From Bugula neritina (lineage: Eukaryota; Animalia; Bryozoa), in the NCBI GenBank assembly GCA_964035545.1, contig OZ037772.1, positions 7,796,889 to 7,860,888 of the forward strand: a stretch of 64,000 bases of DNA, written 5' to 3'. This document shows, piece by piece, positions 26,193 to 39,885 of this stretch; within the stretch, counting starts at the first letter, position 1; every line of letters begins with the position of its first letter. The notes beneath the pieces are model-generated. The model was not told the DNA's origin, ran no database searches, and saw nothing but the letters and a program-made list of their open reading frames with translations. The position numbers were made by a program, and so were the translations under genes.

Positions 26193-29067
26193 GATAAGCT
26201 GGGTATCAATTCACAAAACATTTTTTTTTACTTTTCTTGTAAATGGGCAGACAATAATTTTAAAAAATTTCAACAATTTTAATAATGTAAAGCATTTCAC
26301 ATTTTGAACAACAAATATCTCTACATCATAACAAAATTTCTGAGGTATGCCACATATTATATAATATGTAAGAATTGCCATCACTGAAACAATGTTTCTC
26401 AATTTTTTTTAATACTAAATATTACCATTAAAAGTTTAGGTATAGTATAAGTATTAGGCGTGGCGTTGGTACATAAATTTGTGATATTAGCAAGTGTTAA
26501 ACGTTTTTTGTATTACTTCCAGTTTTCAAAGTTCTTTGGATATCTTTGACAATGACTCATGCAAAATGTTCAGCTTAATTTACAAGTTATATTTTTTATT
26601 CAATTCAACAAATAAGCAAATTAATAATTTGCTATTTTATACTGCTTCAATCAATTTGGCTTATTTTTCAACAATCACTGCAAATGATATATTAAAAATG
26701 TTTGGATATAATGCTCAAAGCTAAAACAACTTTTAAATAATGTTTGATGTGGGGTAAAGTTCTTGTATACGTCCCTCAGAAAATGTTTTGCTAAGTAAGA
26801 GAATTAGGTGTGGTAGTTTTGAAATCATCAGTTGTCTAACATATTTTCTAAGCAGTACAATAGTTTTTGGTTATATGTAACCAGAAGTTACGAAAGTCAA
26901 GAGGTTTGCATTGATAATAGCACATTTATAGCTGGCACAAGTTTAATAGAATAGATAAAGCAGATTTTCATATGACGATTGCGTTGGTAGAAACAGTCTA
27001 ATCATAGTCAAATTGGCATATAGTCAGTTAGCTATATTGTTGACAGAAAAAACTACGGACCGAGCATAAGCCAAAACATTGACATTTTCCAACACCAAGT
27101 GAGCTTTTATAGCAACTTGAAGAAAAGCTATTATAATTTACTAGAGAAGACTGCACCTAAAATATGACACAACAGACAGGCATTGTGAATAATAAAGTTA
27201 TTATGTAAATGCAAAGAGCTGTTTGTACTTTATTTGTAGTTAGGATAATTAGATATAAGGCAAATGACTGCAGTACATATATAATTGCATTGTCATCAAT
27301 CATACTGCTCACAACTGTATATTCATCATTTTATTATTTTTAAAATTGTTGTTGCAATTTACATTATTTTACCAACTTAGAGCTAGTTTTTCAAGAGTTT
27401 ATGGCTGTTCAATTTACAGACTGCCTTGAAAAGTATAGTTATTTTCTATTATTGACATATTTCAGTCTTTCATGTAATTATTTGAGCAATTTGAGGGCAA
27501 CACTTGAAATACTTTATAGAAATGTTGTAAGTTTATGTAAAACTAGTTTCACAACATTTAAAAAGGCACACTGTAGTCTATCTCTCTAAAATGATGTGAC
27601 TGAAAATTGATAGGAAATGGCGAAAACTTTGACGTGATGCGTAGCTTTTTTGGATGTACCCGATAATATCTAAGCCGTAAAACTTTTGTTGTTTTAGCAT
27701 CTATAATGTTAAGTTTTTTCATACAAATACTTTTAGTGTTCTTATAATTTATAACAGTCAACAGTTTATCTTTATAATCGAAAACATGAGACTCGACTCT
27801 CATTCTGACTTTTTCGGTTTTAGAAGCTGTAAAAAGGTTTAATTTTGTCTAATTACTCAAACAATCAAATACTTGACGTTTCACAATGTTGCTGATAGTT
27901 GGCCAACCCATATTTATCTACCTCTTTCAAGCGTGAGCCTCTGATTTCAAAAAGATCACTTGAAAACTTTAAATAAGTAGGATGCTAGCTTCAAATTCAT
28001 ATATTATAGTAACAAAGCTTCACCCGCCCCATTTTGCGTGTTGGCACTCCCACTATTTGATTTGAGTAACTTACAAATTAAATATCTATTTATAATTAAT
28101 TATCTAATGATCATCTAACAAATAAAATTAGTATTTGACTTATCTTTCATTTCTGATCAAACTATTTTTTTGAAACTTGCACAAATTAGATGACAAAAAG
28201 CCATAGTTTCAGCAAGTGTTGACTGATATTTTTAGAGATTAAGTACTTTAGCAAATCAAACAATTATCGGTTTAAAAAGTCAAATAAAAAAGTTTTTATC
28301 ACTTTTTATCTGAGTTTCTGAGCTAGATAAATTAACTATAATATCTAAAGGTTGACACTTCATTTCCACACTCCAGTTTGAGATACAATTGACTAGGCTT
28401 TTATACTTTTAAAAACAACCCTCAATGTACAAAGATCAAAATTAGACATGTATAGATATATGTAATAATGCAAGAATAATTGCAAGCTAGTTGTGTGTGC
28501 GTGCAAATGTGTGAATGTGTATTTGTCTATATGCATGAGAGTGTGCGTGTATAAGTTTATGAACAAAAAAGTTTTAATGTATGATGATGATCTTTCTATA
28601 ACCGTTTTGATAAATGCTATGCATTAATAGACTGACGTTTTTAAACAATTGTCCCTGATATGTATTTTAACTCTTTGTTCTAACACTAACATTTTTCTAT
28701 AATATAACAATGATGAAATGGTTTTTTGATAAGCTCAACTAGTTTGGATTTCACTAGACTTGCTGTAATATGGCACATCTAAAAACAAACTGAGACATTT
28801 CTTCATAAATCTTCAGTCTAAATGAGCATTATCAGATTCATGTCAAATTTTAAACTTATAAAACGTTTGTTTAAACTTTTTGCTATTCTGAAGTACAATT
28901 ACTCAGTTTATTATTTTATTCTTAGAAGGTTTTACAAGAAAGTTCTGTCAGTACTCATCAGGGTTTTGGATCGAGTACTTTTGATAATTTTAAAACATTA
29001 GGATGCTCAGCAAACTTTTCTTTTGAGTTGTCAAACGTCTTTCATCAAGCAACTTATTTTATCAGGT

Positions 29068-31183
29068 TCAAGAGTAAAATTGGAGCAGTACCAATAAAAT
29101 GTATACTCGAAAGTATCCTTTGAAAACATGTGACCTCAGCCTTGATGTTGCCCAAGATCTAGCTGGAGAGGTAGTGGTAGTAGTGGTAGCAGGCTTACTC
29201 CTACCTCTACTAGCAGTAGTTTTAACTCCTTTTCCTATAAAAAAACGCAATGGCATTTTACGGTTTTGAATAGGGAAATACTAAAATTCCACTTTCTTTC
29301 TTATTGATACTAAATATTTTAAAAAAAATTATTGTATATCTTTGTTTTGAGATTTACAAAAAAAACCTAACATTCTAATTAATACATGTAGCTGTGTAAA
29401 TTTAAAGCTGTAATACCGTAGAATAACTAAACATGGTGCATGGCCATTGTTTTGGAAAGCAGAATGTTATAAGTAAAATTCAGTTTGAATAATTTGCATC
29501 AGTTTGATTAGGTAATATACATGCGAGAATTTTTTTTTTTCAAAATTATCATAAGAAAAGCACTACAATAGTGTCATAAAACAAAAGATTAGCATTTGTT
29601 TAAAGGCAAAGAAAACAAGTCTAATGAAAAAAAATTATTACGAAAAGTTGACTTCTATATAAGTTGACATATCTTATTAACTTGATAAGAAGTTGAAGCC
29701 AACTCACTTGAATATTTGAGCTCAAAAACATGGGAGTCTCCAATAAAATAAATCTTTGATGATTGCTTGGATGTCACAAACTGGCGGGGATTCTTAATCA
29801 GACAAGTATCATAAATACCTTCTGAAACCTCGACATCATTCAGTTGAGGAACACAAATAGTTGTTACTAAAGAATTTAACTCAACCACCCGTATAACATG
29901 GTTACTGTAATCAGCAAATAGAAAAGTTTTTTCGTCTAAGAAGAGCATATTTTTTGGATCTCGTACTCTTGCAATGCTTAAACCACCATCATTGTGTCCA
30001 AAACCAGAGATAATAGTCTCGGGTTGACTTTTCCAGGTGGAAGATACTCGCAAAATACTTGAACTGGTGGTAAAGTAAAGATATGTAGCAGTTGGGTCAA
30101 AGATCATACTATTTACTGGTTCTCCTAACTTGTAGAGGGTATTGACGTACCAGTAACTTTCAATTTTCCAGATGCTTCGAACAGTTCCTTCTTGGCTTTC
30201 ATAAAAATAAGTTATACCAGTTATACCGAGGTTGATAGGTTTTCGAGTAATACCCAAGGGGTATGCAATTCCAGCATCGTCAATTCTGGCATTCTTTACA
30301 TATCTTGATGTGCATTTTCCCGTTAGTTCAGCAGTTGCATTGGTCTTTCGATTGATAACTCTGAAACAACCGTTATCCTGATCGGAAATCCATATGTGAG
30401 TCTCCCTGAACGGGTCTGTAATTATTCCGTTGATATAACCAAACCTTGCTCTAGCTCTGATACCTTCTGCATACGCATAGGCTTTTAAATCTCCTGCTAT
30501 CAAGTGAATTGTTAAGAAGTTAGAGGTAGTAAAAACAGCATAGCCAACAACTATCAGGTAGTTTCCTTTCACGTAGTCATCTTCCACAATGTAGCGTATA
30601 CTAGCATTGAGTTTTTCTGTGTCAGTTACTTTTAGTATGTTGTCGAACGTTAGCCTAAAAGATTTTGCAGTCAACATTAGTATACTACTATTATTATCCT
30701 ACTGTATAAATCATGACTAAATATGTGATTGACTACTGGTATGAAAATGAGTAGGTTGCTCAAAGTTTATGCATACTTACTCGTCGGTTTTATATTTATA
30801 CAAAACAGTTCCATAAGTTGAATGCCAATTTATTAGTATCTAAAACATAATTATTACATATTACTTTTCCAGCTTAAACATATTTTTTAAATCTTTGGAG
30901 TGTAGCTATATACATGTATGTATTCCTGTTATTGTATAAAAGTTACAATGATGCTGTTATATTCTTCGTAATATTTAGCTAACATTGTTCATTGATGGAC
31001 GCACTTTGGTTGGAACATAAAAATAAATTAAACTTACATTAAGACTTGTTATATTTTGCTACAATATATTCAAGTTATATGTGAGTTAGATTGGTAAAGT
31101 GTTACTAGTATCATATAGTCATGTGGTTGTATACTCACACAGATTAGGATGAAGGATGAATATATTGTAACATCTATTGCCAT
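29068..31183 (-). CDS. G5: NHL-like propeller protein, 4 exons, terminal hydrophobic (GPI-signal-like) tail, frameshifted relative to G6/G7
   Basis: Exons 31139-31183 (MAIDVTIYSSFILIC), 30781-30839, 29708-30654 (propeller), 29068-29234 (Thr-rich, ends YILLVLLQFYS*). No TM-plus-cytoplasmic exons found downstream. Confidence 0.78.
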
Positions 31184-33267
31184 TTTAGTTCACACTGTGA
31201 CTAATAAAAAATATTCCATTGCTCATAAAAGCTGGGAGATAAAATTTTCATGTATGCTACTTCAAAAATGGTAAATATGTGAAATATTCTTTCTTCAAGA
31301 AAATTATTAGAAGCAATATTGTAGTTCTTAGCTGTTTTCTTTGATCGAAAGGTAAATCCACAAAAAAGTTAAAAATGAAAAACTGCATGTTTAATAACTG
31401 CGAAATAATAAAAAAATTCATCTACATACTTTTGAATTGCTATGGAATGAACAATTCTGCCTAACTCTCATGTTGGTAATTTATTAAAATAATGGGTTTA
31501 GCACTTTTAAGTCCTGAGGTTTTTAATTTTTAAGAAAAATCAATTTTGTTAGGCAACTAAGCAAGTTAGTTTGTTGATAAGCATGCAGAGATTATCTAAT
31601 TTTTATGCTGCAGGATGCATGAGCAAAAGATTCTTCACCTGATCACCAACTTTGTCAACACATTTTAACAAGAAGACCAAAAAATATTTTATAAGCAATT
31701 CTTTGAAACGATTGAAACATGCTGTTAATAAAAATTGACTTTGCTAAAATGTATTAATAAAACTAAGAAAAGGCTTGAAGGCAAAATACAGCAAAGATAT
31801 TTTGCAAGTAAAGCTACTTTTGCTTATTTGTACTAGTACTATAGTTTTCTAACCATTTGTTTATAATTATGTGTAACACTTACTTGTGGAAGTGAACACC
31901 AGAATTAGCTTAGATTCAATGGTTTTCGAACGATCTCAGATCAATCTCACTGAGATCGATTCATCAAAAGATATCAAAAGACGATCTCCATCGATCTGAG
32001 CCGGTTGGTCTGTAGAGGTCAAACTTAGATCAATCTCTAGGCCATAAGACCATTGAACAGAGCCAAATTGATCTGAGAAGTATAGAAAAAGATTGTTTGA
32101 CAAAATTCTGTCTGCTAACAACAATGATAACTTATTGTAAATCGCTAAGCCAAGTACTTAATAATTACGAGACCCACTTTTTAAAATGCCAAAATTTTGA
32201 CTTTCAGTTTTCTCAAACATTGTATACAATGATTGAGAAAACTGAATTATATAAAAATATAAATGATAGAAAGTACAAAATTGGAGCATTTAAATTGACT
32301 TTAAGTAACTAGCAAATCTTACTTTCATTAGTTACTTAATTACTGCCTAATTTCTAGCCCAACAATCCTATAAGTTTATGAATAGTCTGCAAGATAGCTG
32401 TTTATTTTATATAAACTGTTAAGCTAACAAACATAAAATTAATTATCATAAATTGGTCAAATTACTTTACTCTAAAAACTTTCCTGCGTATAGTTTATAG
32501 GTTGCTTTAATTTCTAGACCGCTACAATCTTGTTTTTTATGATCACAGTAGCTTTAATCACTCAAGTGGGTGCACGAACAACTGGTTCTAGGCAAGTTAT
32601 TCACTTAGGAGGTGGCCACTACGCAAGATCAATCTGACATTGTCATGAAAAAAATCATCGATCTCATCAATAGATTTGAGATATATTCATAGAAGCCGGT
32701 AATTATGGTGAGACAGTTATGGTGGCCCAGTTAATAAATAGTATTTTATAATACTATATTACAATACTATATAATTTTAAAACTCATACTACTATCCATT
32801 GTGTAGTTGTGTGTGCCTGTCTGTCTGTCTGTCTGTCTGTATGTCTGTCTGTGTGTTTGTCTGTCTCTCTAAAATAGTGATTATGTGTTAATTTGTTGAG
32901 TTATTCTCTGATTTGTTACAGTTTATTCACAATGAATACATGCAGATATGTGTTTTAGAAAACTATTGCTTTAATAAAATATACTGTAACAAAGGACATT
33001 AAACATCAAAACTTTCATAGAGCAAAAAAATTTATCAATGATGTAAGCATTGAATTAAAGTATTGTACTATTTTAAACTTTTGCTAATTTTTTTATGTCT
33101 AAACTATTCATATGCATACCTTGTTAAAAAGTTTTACAAGAAAGTTTTGGCAGTGCCTATACCAAAATCTTTTATTGTAGAGTTTTTAAAATGCTTAAAA
33201 TTGTGCTCAGGTGATGATTCATAAGAGATATCTGTTCAAGCTGATAATATTCCTGTGTTCAGCCAAC

Positions 33268-35423
33268 TCATACTGTGAGATGTAGAAATAAAATTGAAGC
33301 AGCCAGAACAAAACGTGAACCCGAAAGTATCCTTTGAAAGTTTGTAGCCTCTGTCATGTTATTGACTTTCCTAATGGTAGTGACTGAAGCAGTGGTAGTA
33401 ATCGGGCTATTAATATTAGCAGTCAATTCTGAAAAAATAAAATCTAATGAAGTAATTTTTTATTTGTAAAATAAAAACTGCACATTTTATTTTTTAATCA
33501 TTCTATATATATATATATTGAAAAGATGGTTCATATTTTTGCTTATTTGAAATTTCTATGAAACTGCATGAAAAGAAATTTTTTTTTCAGTTGGTACTTA
33601 TTAGAAGTTTTATCAACCAAATTGTATATACTAGGCTCTGCAAATAACATTTACATTTATAAATATATATAGAGCTTTTGAATCTTCCTTTTATACGCTG
33701 TCATACCCTGAAGCATTGCAAGACCTTAATATGAACAACGTGATATGTATATCAAATATAGTTTTCATTATGCCAAATAGCTTGAAGCAAGCTATTAGTT
33801 CAATCTTTAATATCTTAAAAAAACAACTAATCAGCATTGTTATATTAGTTTATGAAAAAATTTAATAATCTACAGACTGAAAACTTCTGCAAAGAGTTTA
33901 TTTGTATTCAATCGAATCATAACTTATTTAATTAAAAAATAATAAGGCCAGCTCACCTGAGTAATTGATTTCAAACACCCAAGTGTCTCCAATGATATAA
34001 ATTTTTGAGGAAGTTTTGGATTTAATCAATTGCCTGGGAGATTTTATTAGACAAGTATCAACAGATCCTTCTGAAACTGTAGCATCATCTAGTTGAGGAA
34101 CACAAATGGTTGATACGGAAGAAGTGCTCAGATCTACTACTCGTATAACATGATTGTTGTAATCAGCAAATAGAAAAGTATTGTTGTCTAGAAAGAGCAT
34201 ACGTTTTGGGTCACGAACTTTTGCATTATCTAGATTACCATCATTGTGTCCAAAACCAGAGATAATAGTTTCGGGTTGACTTTCCCAGGTAGAAGATATT
34301 CGAATAATACCTGAATTAGTGCTAAAGTAAAGGTAAGTACCAGCTGGATCAAAGATCATACCATTTATTGACTTTTTCAATTCAAACACGGTATTGACAT
34401 GCCACTCTAGTTGAATTTTTCTAATGCTTCTAACAATTTTGGCTTCGCCTTCATAAAAATAAATTATATCCTGATAAGATTTTCTGCTTGTAAGACCAAA
34501 AGGGTATGCAACTCCAGCATCTTGAAGTCGGCCATTTTTAATGTATCTTGATGTGCATTTCCCCGTGAGTTCAGCAGTTCTATTGTTATCTCGTTTGACG
34601 TATCTCAAGCAACCATTGTCCTGGTCGGAAATCCATACGAAGTTATCACTGATAGGGTCTGTAATCAGTCCATTGATATAACCAAACCTTGCTCGAGCTT
34701 TAATGCCTTCTACATACCCATGCTCTTCTAAATCTCCAGCTATCAAGTAAATTTTTGAAAAATCAGAGGTGGTACAAACAGCGTAGCCAACAACTATCAG
34801 ATAGTTTCCTTTTACGAAGTCATCTTCCCCGATGTAACGCAGACTAGCATCGAGTTTTTTTGCGTCAGATATATTTAGTATTCTGTCAAACTTTAGCCTG
34901 CAAGATTTGACAATCAACTGAAAAGCTCAAAGGATATTAGAAGTTTGTTTGAGAAAAACTAGCATCACTACTACTATTATATCATTATATGTACGCAGAT
35001 TCACCTGTCAGTTTCAGGTTTATACAAGACAGTTCCATGAGATGAATGCCAATTCAGTAGTACCTACAACATGAATATTACATATTATGTGTCTAGCTTA
35101 AAAACCACTTTCTAATTCCTGGGCATGTAGCTATAAAATATGGCTACATGTACATATGTATTTGTGATTTAACAAATATATAAGAAAAAGTATTCTGTTA
35201 TATTCTTCATGATATTTCGCTAATATTTTATATTTATAGATGCACTTGCAATGAAGCCTAAACTAAATTGAACTTACATTGATACTTGTTATATTTCACT
35301 AAAATATAACCAAGTGGTATGTCAGTTAGATTAGTAAAGTGTTACTAGTATCATATAGTCATGTTGCTGTATACTCACACAGATTAAGATGAAGGATGAG
35401 TATATTGCAACATCTATTGCCAT
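33268..35423 (-). CDS. G6: NHL-like propeller protein, predicted GPI-anchored
   Basis: Exons 35379-35423, 35005-35063, 33957-34897 (propeller), 33268-33428 (ELTANINSPITTTASV...FQRILSGSRFVLAASILFLHLTV*). Intact ORF. Confidence 0.82.
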
Positions 35424-36347
35424 TTTAGTTCACACTGTTACTAATAAAATGTATTCCATTGCTTATAAAAGCCGGGAGATAGAATTATAAGGTATGTTGC
35501 TTCAAAAATGGTAAATATGTAAAATATTCTTTTTCTAAGAAAGTTATTAGAAAAAACTCTGTGGTTTTTAGCCAAATTATATGATCAAAAAGTGAATGCA
35601 TAAACAGTGAAATATGAATTTTAACTATTTCGTGATCGTGAATCAATAAAAAAATTATTTACATATTTTTCAATTGCTATATGGATTGAACAATTCTGCC
35701 TAACTCTTATGCCAGTAATTTTTTTAAAGTAGTTCCTGAGTTCAACACTTCTAATTTCTGAAAAAAATTTAAGTGAAAAATAAAGAAGGTTTGCAACTTT
35801 TAAAAAACTCGACTTTGTTTAGCGATTAAGCATGTTAATTTGCAAAATCTAATTTTTATGCTGAAAGATCTATATGAGCAAAAGATTCTTTATCTGATCA
35901 CTAACTTTGCCAACATATTTTCACAAATTTGCCTTAAATTTTTCATTTGCTGGGAGGTGAAGTTTGATTAAAGAGTTTTGTGATCATTTGTTTACAATTT
36001 CAACAAAAATACTTCAAAAGATAGTTTAAAACAAAAAAATTAAAATCAATGAAACCCACTAGCATGTGAAATTTTATGCTGCCTAAAATTGGCTGTGTTG
36101 TGAAAAAAAGGAATGATACTCAACAGAAAAAAAAGTAAGGGTAAAATGTGCAAAAAAAATATTTGCAAAACTACTTTTCCTTTTAAAATAATTTGTCTGA
36201 ACTGGTTTACTCACCTATACTCATAAAGAGTAGACTGTGTTGAGGGAGCGCATCTATTAACATGTTCAATATTTTATAATACCTTTAAATACTATATATA
36301 GCCTGATATAATAATATAATTCATAATAATATACATAATTATGTGTG

Positions 36348-36699
<352 letters not shown>

Positions 36700-37217
36700 T
36701 GTCTGCCTGTATGTCTGTTTGTTTGTCTGTATGTCTGTCTGTTTGTATATATGTCTGTCTGTATATCTGTATGTCTATCTGTCTAAATGTATGTCTGTCT
36801 GTTTGTTTCCAAAACAGTTTATGTCTTAATTTGTTAAATTACTTTCTGATTTGTTACAATTTATTCACAATGAATACATGCAGATATATGTTTTGGAAAA
36901 CTTTTACTTCAATTAATACTGTAAAAAGGGCATTAAACATCACAACTTTTGTAAAGCAAAATAATATATCAATGATGTAAGCATTTAATTAACCTAACTT
37001 CATACAATCAAAGGTACTTTTTCAAACTTTTGCTATATTTATTTATAATTAAATTATTCATTTGCATAATTTTTTAGCAAGTTTAACAAGAAATTTTTGG
37101 CAGTGTTTATACCAAAAACTGTTATTGTAGAGTCTTTAAAATGCTTCAAATTGTGCTCAGGTGATGATGCATAAAAGATATCTGTTCAAACTGATAATAT
37201 TCCTGTGTTCAGCCAAT

Positions 37218-39487
37218 TCATACTGTGAGATGTAGAAGAAAAATTGAAGCAGCCAGAACAAAACGTGAACCCGAAAGTATCCTTTGAAAGTTTGGAGCCT
37301 CTGTCATGTTGTTGACTTTCCTAATGGTGGTGACTGAAGCGGTGCTAGTAATCGGGCTATTAATATTAGTAGTGGTAGTAGTAGTAGTAGTAGTAGTCAA
37401 TTCTGAAAAGATAAATTGCCAAAAAGATTTTTCTAATTTTGTTTGAAAAATAAAAAATGCATATTTTCCCTCTTGATCCTCCAAAAGATGTTAAAAAGAT
37501 ATGGTTCATCCTTTTGCTTTGAAATATTTATATAATCTGCATAAAAAACCACTATTTTCGGTAAAATGTAATTATAAGTTTTATCAACCAAATTGTATAA
37601 ACTGCCGGCTCTCCTATATATAGAATTTACATTTATACGCATATAGAGCTTTTGAAATTTCCTTATATACGTTGTCATACCTTGAAGCATTGCGTGACCC
37701 TAATAAAGATAGTGGCAAGTATGTAAAATATAGTTTTCATGACGCAAATAACCTTGAAGCAGACTATTGGTTTAATATTTAATGTATCTTGCAAAACAAT
37801 TTTGAAAACTACCAATAAGCATTGTTATGTTAGTTGATTGGCAAATTTAATAATCTACAAAAGACAAACTATTGCAAAGAGTTTTTGTTGGATCCAATAG
37901 AATCATAACATATCTAATTAAAAATTATTGAAGCCAACTCACCTGAGTAATTGATTGCAAATATTGAAGAGTCTCCAATGATATAAATTTTTGAGGAGGT
38001 TTTGGATTTAATCAATTGCCTGGGAGATTTTATTAGACAAGTATCAACAGAACCTTCTGAGATTGTTGCATCATCTAGTTGAGGAACACAAATGGTTGAT
38101 ACGGAAGAAGTGCTCAGATCTACTACTCTTATAACATGGTTGTTGTAATCAGCAAATAGAAAAGTATTGTTGTCTAGGAAGAGTATACGTTTTGGGTCAC
38201 GAACTTTTGCATTATCTAGATTACCATCGTTGTGTCCAAAACCAGAGATAATAGTTTCGGGTTGACTTTTCCAGGTAGAAGATACTCGCATAATACTTGA
38301 ATTGGTGCTAAAGTAAAGGTAAGTACCAGCTGGGTCAAAAATCATACCACTCACTGATTTGCTTATACTATTGTGCTGGTTATTGACAAACCACGATTTG
38401 CCACTAGGGGTCCAAATAGATTTAAATGCCCCTGCTCTGCTTTCATGAAAATAAACTGAACCAGGAGAATCAAACGGCTTACGCAAAAGACCAAAGGAAT
38501 ATGCAGCTCCAGCATCTTCAAGTGGACCATCGTCAATTTATCTTGATGTGCATTTTCCCATTAGTTCAGCAGTTCTATTGTTATCTCGATTAATAACTCT
38601 GATACAACCATTATCCTGGTCGGAAATCCATATGTGGGTATCTCTAAAAGGGTCTGTAATCACTCCATTGATATAACCAAACCTTGCTCGAGCTTTAATA
38701 CCTTCTACATAGCCACTCTGTTTTAAATTTCCTGCTATCAAGTGAAATGCTAAAAAGTCAGGAGTAGGTAAAACAGCATAGCCAGCAACTATCAGGTGGT
38801 TTCCTTTCACATAGTCATCTTCCACAATATAGCGTAGACTAGCATCGAGGTTTTCTGTGTCAGTTACTTTTAGTATGTGTTCAAACTTTAGCCTAAAGAG
38901 TTTTACAATCAACTGAAAAACTCAAACAGAATTAGAAGTATGTTTAAAAAAAACCAACATCACTTTTATTATTACATTGTGTTGACTAAGTATCTGATTG
39001 ACTACAGGTATGCAGATTAACTAACAGGTTGCTCAACATGTAGGCAGATTTACCTGTCAGTTTCAGATTTGTACAACACAGCTCCATGAGATGAATGCCA
39101 ATTCAGTAGTACCTAAAAAAACAAAACTACTACATATTATGTGTCTAGCTTAAAAACCACTTTTTAATTCCTTGGCATGTAGCTATAAAATATGGCTACA
39201 TGTACATATGCATTTGTTATTTAAGTAATATATAAAAATGCAAAAATGACTACCATGCTGTTATATTCTTACATAGCATTTAGCCAACATTTTTCATTTA
39301 TAGACACACTTGGGTTGAAGCCTAAACTAAATTAAACTTGCATTGAGACTTGTTATATTTTGCTAAGATATAATCAAGTTATATGTTAGTTAGATTAGTA
39401 AAGTGTTACTAGTATCATATAGTAATGTGGTTGTATACTCACACAGATTAAGATGAAGGATGAATATATTGTAACATCTATTGCCAT
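37218..39487 (-). pseudogene. G7: G6-like paralog with an in-frame premature stop in the propeller exon
   Basis: Exons 39443-39487, 39054-39112, 37943-38892, 37218-37402. ORFs 38538-38912 and 37914-38486 share a frame and are split only by TAA at 38538-38540, where G5 and G6 have TAC (KCTSR-Y). Could be a true nonsense allele or a base error. Confidence 0.75.
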
Positions 39488-39657
39488 TCTAGTTCACACT
39501 GTGACTAATAAAAATATTATATTGTTTATAAAAGCTGGGGGTTAGAAGTATTAGGTATGCTATTTCAAAAATGGTAAATATGTCAAATATTCTATTATTA
39601 AGAAAGTTACTAATTACATAAATATTTGTGATCCTGTTATTATACAAAAAACTAATT

Positions 39658-39885
39658 TGCTGTTATATATTCTTTATAACACTCAGCTAACATTTTTTAT
39701 TTATAGACCCACTTGGGTTGAAGCCTAAACTAAATTAAACTTGCATTGAGACTTGTTATATTTCACTAAAATATAACCAAGTGGTATGTTAGTTAGATTA
39801 GTAAAGTGTTACTAGTATTATATAGTCATGTGGTTGTATACTCACACAGATTAAGATGATGAGTATATTGTAACATCTATTGCCA
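39658..39885 (-). pseudogene. Orphan duplicate of the G6/G7 signal-peptide exon plus part of intron 1
   Basis: Closely matches 39257-39487 and 35165-35423. The ATG is lost (tgccag vs tgccat) and the exon has a 5-nt deletion (agatgatgag vs agatgaaggatga). Confidence 0.75.

Noticed and set aside
31038-31058. Putative 21-nt micro-exon (QNITSLN) with ag/gtaagt in G5 intron 1
   Set aside because: The homologous site in G6 (35278-35298) begins with TGA and G7 has a GC donor. Exon 1 already joins exon 2 in phase 0, and inclusion would interrupt the signal peptide.
31890-32080. GATC-rich segment with weak inverted ends
   Set aside because: Possibly an old MITE, but the TIRs are too degenerate to define.
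37914-38912. Two separate genes or a frameshift in G7
   Set aside because: The two ORFs are in the same frame, separated by a single stop codon.
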